Virus genome (UHGV): UHGV-0087839
Strand: one strand, 5' to 3'
Length of the DNA: 37,264 bases
From: a virus
Below the pieces are notes generated by a model that worked only from the letters and a program-made list of their open reading frames with translations, was not told where the DNA came from and did no database searches. Within the stretch, counting starts at the first letter, position 1, and every line of letters starts with the position of its first letter. Positions 26,993-35,833 of this stretch are shown piece after piece. A program made the translations under genes and the position numbers.

Positions 26993-28071
26993 TTAATCCC
27001 CCACTTTTGTAATTTATTCGCGATTGTTGGATGTGAAACACCAACTAATTCAGCTATCTTCCTATTTGAAAAACCGTCAAAATGATATTTAATTATATTG
27101 AGATCATTATCGCTAAACTCATCCAATGAAACCCTCTCCGTAATTACGGCTTCTATTAATGAGCTTTCAAATGGAATATTTCTAAGTACCTCATTCTTTT
27201 TGGAGAAATTCAAAATACGGTTAATGATGGCAAAGGACATGCCATCTAATAATGGTGCAAGTTTTTTAGATAGTTCAGGTTCAATATTATGATTGACTAA
27301 ATATCTATCTATCAGTTCTACTGATGGCATATTAAATTTAAGGATGTGCTCAAATCGACGCCAAACAGCCGGATCTAAGATATCAGGGTGATTAGTCGCA
27401 GCAACAAGAAGCGAGGTCGCTGGCCACTCATCTATGGTCTGTAGGAGTACAGTAACTAAACGTTTTAATTCTCCAACGTCCCTGTCATCATCACGTCTTT
27501 TTGCAACAGCATCAAATTCATCAAGCAAAAGGACACATGGTTTCTCTTTGGCATAATCCATAACGGATTTAATATTATTACCTGTTTTTCCCAAAAGAGA
27601 ACTCATTACAGATGAGAGATCCAATGTTAAAAGAGGTAAATTTAACTTTGCAGCAAGCCAATGTGCGGACATTGTTTTGCCTACGCCTGGCGGGCCAGAA
27701 AGTAAAACCGTCTTCACAGGTTCAAGACCAGCTTTGAACAAAGAAACCGCATTCTCTCTTTCGTTAACAATTGACTCCAGCTTCTTTGAGATATCCGTAT
27801 TCCATACAGGTTCTTCAACAATTGCGTTGACAGATGTTTCCTGCAAAAGGTTTCGTCTGGAGTCTCCATCCACAGGCATAGGAGCCTTACTAGATGCCCC
27901 ACGTAATACTGTTCCCTCAGCAACTAACGAAGCCAGCTTAGAAGCTAAAGCCTCATCATTTTTACGGATGTTGTTAATCATCTTTCTGCATAGGAGTGTA
28001 AATGCATTTGCGTTGCCTTTGATGCCTTGCTCGATGAGTTTGAAAAGTTCATCCTCCCTCACGTTTACCAT
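26989..28071 (-). CDS. AAA+ ATPase with C-terminal helix-turn-helix
   Basis: 360 aa; Walker A GPPGVGKT, Walker B VLLLDEFD, second region of homology ATNHPDILDPAVWRRFE; C-terminal NRKIAELVGVSHPTIANKL HTH-like segment. Confidence 0.85.
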   Translation of the reverse strand: MVNVREDELFKLIEQGIKGNANAFTLLCRKMINNIRKNDEALASKLASLVAEGTVLRGASSKAPMPVDGDSRRNLLQETSVNAIVEEPVWNTDISKKLESIVNERENAVSLFKAGLEPVKTVLLSGPPGVGKTMSAHWLAAKLNLPLLTLDLSSVMSSLLGKTGNNIKSVMDYAKEKPCVLLLDEFDAVAKRRDDDRDVGELKRLVTVLLQTIDEWPATSLLVAATNHPDILDPAVWRRFEHILKFNMPSVELIDRYLVNHNIEPELSKKLAPLLDGMSFAIINRILNFSKKNEVLRNIPFESSLIEAVITERVSLDEFSDNDLNIIKYHFDGFSNRKIAELVGVSHPTIANKLQKWGIK

Positions 28072-28449
28072 AAAACCCCCAATAAAACATCAGCTTGTGT
28101 AAGCTGGTAACTACATTAATGAAAATCATTGACTAATGTTACCACTCTTGCTGGCGTAATTCAAAGAGTATCCTCACTTTTTTACTGTATGGATAATCAG
28201 CATAAAATCTATCCAGTTGGGTTACTCGAACATACTGTCAATACTTGTTTCCAACGATTGATCAGTTCTACAGTTTTATCTCCTTCACTTGTGTTGGCAG
28301 CATGCTTATTCCTGAACCAGCTCGATTACTTGGCCATTTGAGAAAGATGTGTAGGTCTTCTGATGGTTTGTATTGGAACGGGGTGCATAGTGATTTGCAC
28401 CCCGTTCTTTATGTTATGGGGTTGGCGGCAGGGCGAATACGCCCTGATG

Positions 28450-28761
28450 TTATTCAGGAAATAACGCCCGGATATTTCCGGCCATCTGACTGGTTATCTG
28501 TGCGGTTGATACTGGCTGTGACGCGGGGCGTTCTGTCTTGGTTTGTGTCACTGATAACACCTCATCATCAGCCCATGCAGCCAGTCGGTAAGCCTCTGCC
28601 GGATTCATTTTCAGAAGTGCCAGCCCGGCCAGAAAAGCCACGCGTTGGCCGCTTTTGCGGGCTTCTGGTGTAAGGCTGTCCAGCCAGGCGCATGCTTCTC
28701 CTTCGTTCTTGACGGCGGTGGGCTTCAGATAGAAACTTATCCGTCTGGTTGGAGTCGTCAT
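28450..28761 (-). CDS. parR: ParR-like partition adaptor (ribbon-helix-helix)
   Basis: Translation from the internal ATG (MTTPTRRISFYLKP...AWLDSLTPEARK...AFLAGLAL) resembles plasmid R1 ParR; AAGGAG ribosome-binding site; follows parM by 4 nt. Confidence 0.7.
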   Translation of the reverse strand: MTTPTRRISFYLKPTAVKNEGEACAWLDSLTPEARKSGQRVAFLAGLALLKMNPAEAYRLAAWADDEVLSVTQTKTERPASQPVSTAQITSQMAGNIRALFPE

Positions 28762-28765
28762 TGGT

Positions 28766-29725
28766 TTACTCCTTGTCCATTGCGTACAGCCCATTAACCA
28801 GAGCAAACTGTGGCACCCCGTCCGCGATGAAAGTCGCATTAACTCCGCAGGCTTCGCGGATAGCGGGTGCCACAATCTCCGCCCCTCCACCGACAACCAT
28901 CACCCGCCCGTAACCCGAAAAAACCGCCAGCGCGCGGATCACGCGTTGTTTCAGTGTTTCTTCCTTTTCACGAATAACCGCCATCAGGCTGGCGTAATGC
29001 GCGTCATTGTGGATGTGCTGGCGCAGCCAGGCTTCATCATGGCGATGTTCGATAATGGTATTGGCGATGTGATGACTGGTGCGCATACCGTTAGTGGCCA
29101 TCACCGACAGTACGGCATCGGCCATCAGAGAAACGCCTACGTGTGGATCGCAAAACACCTGGCTGATACCTGCCAGTTGCCCCTGAACCTTTGCCACATC
29201 CAGCGTGGTTCCGCCCAAATCCACAATCAGCAGGGATTCAAACGGACTCATGTCAGCCAGTGCCTTAAAGCCAGCCGGAATGGATTCAGGCATAACCCGC
29301 ACGTTACGGATAGTGAATGCCTCACCGTTCTGGTACTCCACCGGGCGCATAACGTTCGCTTTTTTGCGGTTGATGTTGGCCATGTCCGGCTGGGCGTTAG
29401 TGTCGAAATATTCGCTCAGTGGCAGGGTGACAACCACATCCACTTCCTGTGGCGTGATGCCTGATTTGACCAGCGCGTGATGAATGGCAATGACATTCAC
29501 ATCGCTGTACTGGTATTGCGTGTCGGTCGTCTGGACAAAGCGATCGCTGACCGGATCAAAACCATAGCGCACGCCATCAAGCATGTAGTTCGCAGGCTGC
29601 GAGCCACCGAACGGCGCAGACCATTCCGACTTGAAGCTGTTCGGGCTGATGGCGTTGCGGCGTTCGCCGTTTTCAGTCCATGCCAGCTTGATGTTGGTGG
29701 AGCCGTCGTCGATACAAATTTTCAT
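28766..29725 (-). CDS. parM: ParM/StbA actin-like segregation ATPase
   Basis: 319 aa; strong collinear resemblance to R1 ParM (IDDGSTNIKL, ISPNSF, QYSDVNV.A.HHAL, ERKKAN, TI..VKVMPESIPAG, SLLI.DLGGTTLD, GVSL, SGY..VMV.GGGAE). Confidence 0.85.
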   Translation of the reverse strand: MKICIDDGSTNIKLAWTENGERRNAISPNSFKSEWSAPFGGSQPANYMLDGVRYGFDPVSDRFVQTTDTQYQYSDVNVIAIHHALVKSGITPQEVDVVVTLPLSEYFDTNAQPDMANINRKKANVMRPVEYQNGEAFTIRNVRVMPESIPAGFKALADMSPFESLLIVDLGGTTLDVAKVQGQLAGISQVFCDPHVGVSLMADAVLSVMATNGMRTSHHIANTIIEHRHDEAWLRQHIHNDAHYASLMAVIREKEETLKQRVIRALAVFSGYGRVMVVGGGAEIVAPAIREACGVNATFIADGVPQFALVNGLYAMDKE

Positions 29726-29760
29726 GTCGATTTTCCTTATGTTGGTTAATTAACCGTTTA

Positions 29761-29851
29761 CGGGATTTTTAAATCCCGCTTTCGCCTGTTTTGTGCGCGC
29801 TTCATATATCGCGGCGCGTTTTTTGCTCATTTGCGGGATTTGTGAATCCCG
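29761..29851. promoter_or_regulatory. Candidate parC-like centromere/promoter: two 18-bp palindromes CGGGATTT..AAATCCCG about 73 bp apart upstream of parM
   Basis: CGGGATTTTTAAATCCCG (29761..29778) and CGGGATTTGTGAATCCCG (29834..29851) read directly; the second lies inside the 3' end of gene A. Confidence 0.4.
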
Positions 29852-32669
29852 TTTCTGTCTGTTTTTTGTTGCCACTGGTCAGGCTACCCCGCAGCAGGTC
29901 TGCTTTGCGGCGGGCGCGTTCAGTGGTTTCACTGATTCTCTGTGCGTGCTCTGCGTCACGAATGGCGCGCAGCATGTCAGAAAGCACGGTAACGGGTGTT
30001 TTCATGGTGTTCTGGTCCTGCTGAAGTGTGGATGCCAGGCGTGCGGCGGCTTCGGGGTCTGATGCCCCGAGCTGTGCCAGATAGCTGGCGACCGGGTTAT
30101 GGCGGATCTCCGTGCTGCTTACGCCGTGATTACGGCTCAGGCGCTGCCAGAGCTGCGTGATTCGGCTGTCCGGGCGGGTATCCGGTTTGCGTACAATTTC
30201 AAATCCCTGCGGTGCAATGATGCTGCCGTCAACGTACAGGCTGCCGCCCCGTAACAGGTGCTGCATCTGCTGTTCACCGATATGCAGGCCGAGAGATTCG
30301 GCAGACTCCCGCCATTCTTTAGCGAGTAATTCGTGGTTATCAGGCAAAGGCTGTGGCTGTTTGCGGCTCTGTGTCCAGTTCTGCATTTCATCACTGCTGT
30401 TTTTGGCCTGTTTGTCACGCAGCGAACGCATCAGTGCCCGGCGTTCGTGCCGTTTCAGTGAGCGCATCCATTCATTCACTTCAATGCCGTCAGGGAGCTG
30501 CGGCCACGGTGCTGGCCGTTCTTCCGGCTGTTCTGTCCCGTTGTTGTCCGTTTCCTGTACACGGGGACAGTTATTGCCACGAGTCCAAGGGGCGGCAGGG
30601 CCGCCCTGAAGGTCAAAACCATTTTCGCGGGCGCTGTCTTCCGCTTCCGGTTTACGTCTTACCAGCTTCCAGTTATCCGGATGCGTGCACACACGGGAGG
30701 ATTCCCCGATGAGTGGTGACCAGATCCCGTAAATCTGTACGCTCTGTTCGCCGTAATCGTTCAGCTCATCTGCGAGGTCGTAGGCAGTGCGAATCAGGTA
30801 GTCTTTGCGTGGAACAAGTACGCCGCCCTGTTTTTCAATGTAGGTGGCAAAACACCCGGCATCGGCGGCAGCGAGTACCGCATCCATTGCGTCATCCTTC
30901 AGCCGTTGCGGGCCTTCCGGGTTGCGTGCCATCTGGCTGGCAAGGCGGCGCAGTTCACGCCACACCTGACGGGAGGGGATGCCAAAGAACTGGAACTGGC
31001 GGACCCGATGAAGGCGCGCCCAGCCGATGGCGCGCTCCACGCTCTCGGCCATTGATTTTCCGGTTTCGTGGTCAACGCGTGGTTTGCCCGTTTTCGGATC
31101 GATTCCATCCACGGCGCGGCTGTCCAGGTTTTTTCCGATGTAGGTGGCGATGTAGCTGGTTGGCGTGCCTTTGGAGCCGTCGACGTACTCCACCTTAAAG
31201 CGCGGAGTAATATCATTGCCCAGCTCGTGGCGGTCTTCCTGAATGGCAATATCGCGGGTGATGGCCACGATGCTGTCGATTTCTTCCGGATGAGCAAAGA
31301 CCATCATATGCCAGTGCACGGTGCCGTCATGGTGAGGCTCCACCGTGCGGATGCCATACCAGCGCAGGCCGTCGCGGTTCAGTTTTTTGCGGACCGCCGC
31401 AAAAAACGTGTTAACCAGGTAATCGCTGGAGTCGCGCATGGTGGCCCCGTTCCATTTGGGATTCGGATGACCGTTCTCTGTTGTGGCGTGGTATTTTGAC
31501 GGGCAGGTGACAGTCAGAAACACCGCTTTGTCGCCACGGGCTTCGGCCAGAAGTTCCAGTCCCTTCATGGTGGCCATCATTTCTGCCTTACGGTGAACCG
31601 GGTTACTTACTCCCGCGTAATACACTGTCTCGAGATCAATCGTGAAGCCGTCTTCGTTTTCCAGTTCGAAGCTCTTCAGGAAGTCGCGGGTTTTCTCGCG
31701 CTGTGCGCGAAACTCGCTTAACGCGTCCTGGCTCAGATAGGGTGATGTTTTTCTGGAAACCAGACAGGCGGCGCGGAGTTGTTCTTCTCTCCACTCACAA
31801 CGTAACAGCCACAGTTTGCGTTTCCACCAGTCCGCACAGGTCAGGCGAAGGATTGCGCCCGGCAGCAGCTCCGTGTCCGGTTCGTTCCTCCGGTCTTTGT
31901 CTGTTGTCAGTGCGTCATAATGTGGAGGCATGGCGTGCAGGTGTAACGCCATGCGGGCCAGCATCTGATACGCCTTCAGCGTTACATCCATGGTCAGTTC
32001 GCCATCAGTCGCGCCAAAGCCATAGCAGAGTTTTTCGAAGGTGCTGCTGAACATCGCCGCCGTCATGGTGGCCAGCGTCTGTATCTGGTGTTTGTTGAGC
32101 TGCGGCAGGTAAAGCAAATCGTCCAGGCGTTCGCGTCCGGCAAGGGAGCGATAACCCGGTGTCAGCCAGCGGTGATCGGTGCGGTCCAGACGTTCGAATA
32201 TTTTGCGCAGGGTTCCGCGCGCGTAGCGTTCAGCCTGCCAGCTCTTTTTGCCTTTCCGGCGATCGGCTTCCTGTTTTTTGCGCAGGAAAGAGAGGTGGCG
32301 GCTCAGAGGTTCACGCAGATAAACGGGAAGCACCTTCAGTGTGGCAAAAGCACGGGCCATCGGGTCTTGTTCTGTTGCCTGACGCTTGCTGATGATGCTT
32401 TGTGCCAGCTTTTCACGCTGTCCGGCTTCCTCAAGGGATGCCATGAGTTTTTTACCCACGGTGGATTGTGCGAAAAAGGCTTCCTCCTTCGCTTCCTGTT
32501 CTTCCAGAGCCTTTTTGTCTGCCTCAAGGTAGTAACGGATGGCGCGTTGCAGGTCGGTTTCAGTTTCCTGCCTGTGCTCCGTAAATCTGGCCGGATCAAT
32601 GGCTGGCCGTGGTTCATTCCAGCTCCATGCAAACTCATTCATGGCTGGTATCCTGTCACGCGCTGCCAC
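29802..32669 (-). CDS. A: Replication initiation protein gpA (rolling-circle HUH endonuclease), 955 aa
   Basis: Large ORF at the P2 A position with HWHMMVFA HUH-type motif; longer than P2 gpA as I recall it. Confidence 0.8.
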   Translation of the reverse strand: MAARDRIPAMNEFAWSWNEPRPAIDPARFTEHRQETETDLQRAIRYYLEADKKALEEQEAKEEAFFAQSTVGKKLMASLEEAGQREKLAQSIISKRQATEQDPMARAFATLKVLPVYLREPLSRHLSFLRKKQEADRRKGKKSWQAERYARGTLRKIFERLDRTDHRWLTPGYRSLAGRERLDDLLYLPQLNKHQIQTLATMTAAMFSSTFEKLCYGFGATDGELTMDVTLKAYQMLARMALHLHAMPPHYDALTTDKDRRNEPDTELLPGAILRLTCADWWKRKLWLLRCEWREEQLRAACLVSRKTSPYLSQDALSEFRAQREKTRDFLKSFELENEDGFTIDLETVYYAGVSNPVHRKAEMMATMKGLELLAEARGDKAVFLTVTCPSKYHATTENGHPNPKWNGATMRDSSDYLVNTFFAAVRKKLNRDGLRWYGIRTVEPHHDGTVHWHMMVFAHPEEIDSIVAITRDIAIQEDRHELGNDITPRFKVEYVDGSKGTPTSYIATYIGKNLDSRAVDGIDPKTGKPRVDHETGKSMAESVERAIGWARLHRVRQFQFFGIPSRQVWRELRRLASQMARNPEGPQRLKDDAMDAVLAAADAGCFATYIEKQGGVLVPRKDYLIRTAYDLADELNDYGEQSVQIYGIWSPLIGESSRVCTHPDNWKLVRRKPEAEDSARENGFDLQGGPAAPWTRGNNCPRVQETDNNGTEQPEERPAPWPQLPDGIEVNEWMRSLKRHERRALMRSLRDKQAKNSSDEMQNWTQSRKQPQPLPDNHELLAKEWRESAESLGLHIGEQQMQHLLRGGSLYVDGSIIAPQGFEIVRKPDTRPDSRITQLWQRLSRNHGVSSTEIRHNPVASYLAQLGASDPEAAARLASTLQQDQNTMKTPVTVLSDMLRAIRDAEHAQRISETTERARRKADLLRGSLTSGNKKQTETGFTNPANEQKTRRDI

Positions 32670-33028
32670 TCCTGCGAGAAGAGGGCAGAAAGGCGGTTAA
32701 ATTCAGCGGTGTATTCACTCAGCGAGGCACACCCGCCAGCAGTGCGATGCGCCAGCATTGCCGCAAATACGGAGGCCGGGGAGTCGTAATACGCCAGCAG
32801 TGATTCTCCGTGTGGTGTCAGGCAGTGCAACGCCAGCCCGTGTGGTGTGAAGTCCACGCGGTAGCAGTCGTCTACTGTGAAATAAAGGGTGTCCGCATTC
32901 TCCGGTTTTGTGGTGCGTGCTCTGTTGTCACGACCACGAATGTAGAGATCAAATAATCCCCGAAGAATGGGAGCCAGACGGGTGTCCTGTGTGCGCACCC
33001 ATCTTGTGAAGTCATGAGCGTCAATCAT
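32639..33028 (-). CDS. Hypothetical early-operon protein
   Basis: 129-aa ORF immediately upstream of A on the same strand. Confidence 0.5.
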   Translation of the reverse strand: MIDAHDFTRWVRTQDTRLAPILRGLFDLYIRGRDNRARTTKPENADTLYFTVDDCYRVDFTPHGLALHCLTPHGESLLAYYDSPASVFAAMLAHRTAGGCASLSEYTAEFNRLSALFSQEWQRVTGYQP

Positions 33029-33118
33029 GCTGCAATTCTCTCTACTAAGGATGTGCGAAGGCTTCCTGCCAAAAAACTCAGAAGCGGTCGGTTACAGAAA
33101 TTGGCGTTCTACGAGTAG

Positions 33119-33355
33119 TTATTGCTGGCTTGAGGTTCGTTTCTGTTTAATTCCGTGCATGCTGTAGAAGAAATCAAAAGTGTTATCTATGCGTATCATG
33201 AGCTCACGCTGCATCGCTTCTGGTGTTTCTGGTTCACCTAGTGAGCCAACTCCCGCGAAGAAATCACCGATCTCGCTTTGAATAAGTGCCTTTAGCGTTG
33301 CTGAGGAATTCAGGTGTGTGCGGTGATGTCTGCGAGTGATTCTTCTCCTGCTCAT
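33119..33355 (-). CDS. Hypothetical early-operon protein
   Basis: 78-aa ORF; start overlaps the stop of the upstream ORF. Confidence 0.45.
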   Translation of the reverse strand: MSRRRITRRHHRTHLNSSATLKALIQSEIGDFFAGVGSLGEPETPEAMQRELMIRIDNTFDFFYSMHGIKQKRTSSQQ

Positions 33356-33555
33356 TTGCGTGGATCCTGTACCTGTCGGATAAGATTCACCCGCGCCACG
33401 TTGGTGGCGCAGAAGTAAGTGCCGTCAGTGAGGTAGATGTGGTGTGCATCCTTTTCCGAACGATGTTTGTCGATAGTGGTAATCAGGCGTTCGTCGACCT
33501 CGTATTCGCGCCCTCTGGAGGTAAAGCGAACGACGGGAAAATGCTTAATTGCCAT
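33352..33555 (-). CDS. Hypothetical early-operon protein
   Basis: 67-aa ORF, co-oriented in the early operon. Confidence 0.45.
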   Translation of the reverse strand: MAIKHFPVVRFTSRGREYEVDERLITTIDKHRSEKDAHHIYLTDGTYFCATNVARVNLIRQVQDPRK

Positions 33556-33578
33556 TGCGCCCCCTTTGTCCAGTAACC

Positions 33579-33995
33579 CTATGCGTTAAATACGGCACGT
33601 TGCGCGTCATCAATGAATACAGCTTGAGATCGTTCTATCAAGCGGAGATTTGTCAGAAGCTCTGACTCTTTTGTGTGGTAAGGCGTTATCAGGTATTTGC
33701 CGTGCAGTTCGGCAATAATGGTGTATTGCGTCATTATTGCCGAACCAAGAATGTAAATGCGGCGTCCAATGCTGGACGGATTCATGGCTGCAACTGTTGA
33801 CTGTGTTTTAAGAGTGTCGATTTCTTTGCCCTGTTCCTCAATAATTTTGGCTGCGTCAGCGGTGATTTTTGCAATGGTCAGTGCGTGAAGTGCTGCCATA
33901 TGTTGGCTACGCTTCACGGCATCTTTAGCCATTTCATCTTCCGCTTCTGATATTTTTTTTAATGTGTCGATAATGCCTTCTTCTTTTGCGTTCAT
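33579..33995 (-). CDS. Hypothetical early-operon protein
   Basis: 138-aa ORF, co-oriented in the early operon. Confidence 0.5.
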   Translation of the reverse strand: MNAKEEGIIDTLKKISEAEDEMAKDAVKRSQHMAALHALTIAKITADAAKIIEEQGKEIDTLKTQSTVAAMNPSSIGRRIYILGSAIMTQYTIIAELHGKYLITPYHTKESELLTNLRLIERSQAVFIDDAQRAVFNA

Positions 33996-34094
33996 TTTAT
34001 ATCTCCGTTATTTACGTGTGCGAATACCTCCGTTAATACGGATGGTTTTCACGTTTTCTTATTTAATTTGATGTTTTATTTGTATTGTTATTCA

Positions 34095-34199
34095 TCAGAG
34101 AAAAACGCTCGATCGTTTCACTGAATTAATAATTCGCATAATCCCAATGGCGCAGACCACCGAAATAATCAGAATAAGCCATGAAATAAATATACTCAT
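34095..34199 (-). CDS. Small hydrophobic peptide (34 aa), ATGA-coupled to the upstream ORF; absent from the ORF track
   Basis: Translation MSIFISWLILIISVVCAIGIMRIINSVKRSSVFL: single predicted TM helix and basic tail; its ATG overlaps the TGA of the 34196..34441 ORF. Confidence 0.4.
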   Translation of the reverse strand: MSIFISWLILIISVVCAIGIMRIINSVKRSSVFL

Positions 34200-34441
34200 G
34201 CGATATTTCCCAGCTTATACGGTTCAATATGTTCCCCGCATTCTGCGGCACAGATCAGCTCGGAAAGTTCGTTAAGTGCATCCAGATCATCAGCGTAAAA
34301 AGCCACGTCATACAGACTTCGGATTGCCCTGGTCAATGAGTCACGGGCCGCACGTTCAGCATGAGCGCCTGATGCACTTAAGCGAAAATAAAAACGCTCA
34401 AGTGCTTTGTTAATGAGAGTTTTATATTCTTTGCCCATCAC
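34196..34441 (-). CDS. Hypothetical early-operon protein
   Basis: 81-aa ORF. Confidence 0.5.
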   Translation of the reverse strand: MMGKEYKTLINKALERFYFRLSASGAHAERAARDSLTRAIRSLYDVAFYADDLDALNELSELICAAECGEHIEPYKLGNIA

Positions 34442-34449
34442 AACGCCCT

Positions 34450-34740
34450 TTAATCTGCTTTCTGTATTTCAGCTTCTGAATCCATACAAATAATTTCGAT
34501 ATAGGGTTCATCGCCATTAACCTGGCGTGCCTTTTCAGCTTCGCTAATGATTTCTCGTACGGTCTGGTACGGAAGTTCCACAAGCAGTAGCGTGCCGTTC
34601 AGATAAACGTAAGTGGCTTCGTCGGCTCCGTTTTTACCCGCCGGAGTCACTCCGTCAATAGCGGATGCACGTAATAACAGTTCACCGCGAAAATCAATAA
34701 AACGGATAAATACACCTTGTGCATGGTCTTTGGTCATAAA
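34450..34740 (-). CDS. Hypothetical early-operon protein
   Basis: Internal ATG (MTKDHAQG...) chosen to avoid overlap with the upstream ORF; 96 aa. Confidence 0.45.
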   Translation of the reverse strand, partial: FMTKDHAQGVFIRFIDFRGELLLRASAIDGVTPAGKNGADEATYVYLNGTLLLVELPYQTVREIISEAEKARQVNGDEPYIEIICMDSEAEIQKAD

Positions 34741-34747
34741 GCACCTG

Positions 34748-35086
34748 TTATAAATCAGCCTGTTTAATAAAACTTTGCCCGCGAAGCAGACGATCAACCG
34801 TGCGAAGTGCTTCGTATAATGTGAAATCCTGCCCGAACTGATTGTCGCCACAGCTCAATGCAAAAATGCGGTTTCCGGTAAACGGATTGCGTGGGCATTT
34901 GTGGATCACGATTCCAGCTTTCTCAATCAGCCAGGCGTGCTCGCCGATTTGTTTTACTGGGTAGCCATCCGGCGTTGCGTGTGTATCACTCAGGCTGTAG
35001 CGGATGTTGCTGCGTGATGCACTGGTAGTGAAACGGTTAGCGTGGCGTTCTGTTCCGGTACGAAAATTACGGCGTTGCTTCAGCAT
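34748..35086 (-). CDS. Hypothetical early-operon protein
   Basis: 112-aa ORF downstream of the cox-like gene. Confidence 0.5.
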   Translation of the reverse strand: MLKQRRNFRTGTERHANRFTTSASRSNIRYSLSDTHATPDGYPVKQIGEHAWLIEKAGIVIHKCPRNPFTGNRIFALSCGDNQFGQDFTLYEALRTVDRLLRGQSFIKQADL

Positions 35087-35100
35087 AAAATGACACCTCG

Positions 35101-35379
35101 TTATTTTGTCATCTGTACGTATTTTTCTGCGCTCCTGATTGTTTTCAGGAAAAGAGCGAAGAGATTTACTGTGCGTCTTGAGTTCTTTTCATCCTGGTTG
35201 ATGGGAATTGAACCTCTGTCAGCCTGTCTTTTCACTGTGTTAACAGCTTGGTTGGTACGCTTTGCGTAATCTTTCAGGCTTTCTTCAAGTACTGGTAACC
35301 CATGCTCATCGCGGTAGGGATAGAACGCTGCTAAACGCTCAAAGTCTGCCTGTTCGTGTGTGTTCAGGACTTTTGCCAT
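35101..35379 (-). CDS. cox: Cox/Apl-like excisionase/early-operon regulator (HTH)
   Basis: 92 aa, first gene of the early operon divergent from C; HTH-like segment YAKRTNQAVNTVKRQADRGSIP resembles the P2 Cox DNA-binding region. Confidence 0.6.
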   Translation of the reverse strand: MAKVLNTHEQADFERLAAFYPYRDEHGLPVLEESLKDYAKRTNQAVNTVKRQADRGSIPINQDEKNSRRTVNLFALFLKTIRSAEKYVQMTK

Positions 35380-35417
35380 GTGTGATAACCTGCGCTATCT
35401 GTGGTTGTTTGTGACTT

Positions 35418-35464
35418 GGTGTACTTATAAGTACACCTTGTGCGCAAGCTTAGTGTACTTATAG
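35418..35464. promoter_or_regulatory. Immunity-region operators: 20-bp palindrome GGTGTACTTATAAGTACACC plus a direct repeat of GTGTACTTATA
   Basis: Read directly in the cox-C intergenic region where P2 Pe/Pc promoters and C operators lie. Confidence 0.5.
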
Positions 35465-35475
35465 GAACACTGTCA

Positions 35476-35784
35476 ATGCTTATCGGTGAAAAAATTAGAG
35501 TGATTCGTGAATCAGAGGGTTTAACGCGCGAAGAATTTTGCGGCCTGATTGATGTGCCTATCGGCACTTTGCGTCGTTATGAAACGGGGCGGATTGAAAA
35601 CATAGGGGGCGAAGTGCTTATCAAGATTGTTAATCACCCTCGCTTTTTTAAGTACATGAATTGGCTTATGACAGGAAAAACGAATGAGGCTGCTGGGCAG
35701 ATCAGTCCCTCTCTCTCCCCTGATGGGCCAGAAAACACATCGTCTTCTCAAAAGCCCCGCAAGACTGGTACACAGCCCGGCTAA
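35476..35784 (+). CDS. C: Immunity repressor C
   Basis: Translation from the internal ATG (MLIGEKIRVIRESEGLTREEF...) resembles P2 C repressor (ISEKIVLMRKSE.L.R..L, GQI.P.L motif region). Confidence 0.8.
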   Translation: MLIGEKIRVIRESEGLTREEFCGLIDVPIGTLRRYETGRIENIGGEVLIKIVNHPRFFKYMNWLMTGKTNEAAGQISPSLSPDGPENTSSSQKPRKTGTQPG

Positions 35785-35833
35785 TCATGGAACGCTGGGG
35801 GCATGGTGGTCTTGTAACGCTGGGGTTTCACGA

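Noticed and set aside
28946-29464. 172-aa plus-strand ORF opposite parM
   Set aside because: Antisense to a gene with strong ParM similarity; no ribosome-binding site or terminator.
29791-31499. Several plus-strand ORFs (77 to 161 aa) within gene A
   Set aside because: Antisense to the replication gene; Arg/Cys-rich translations typical of non-coding frames.
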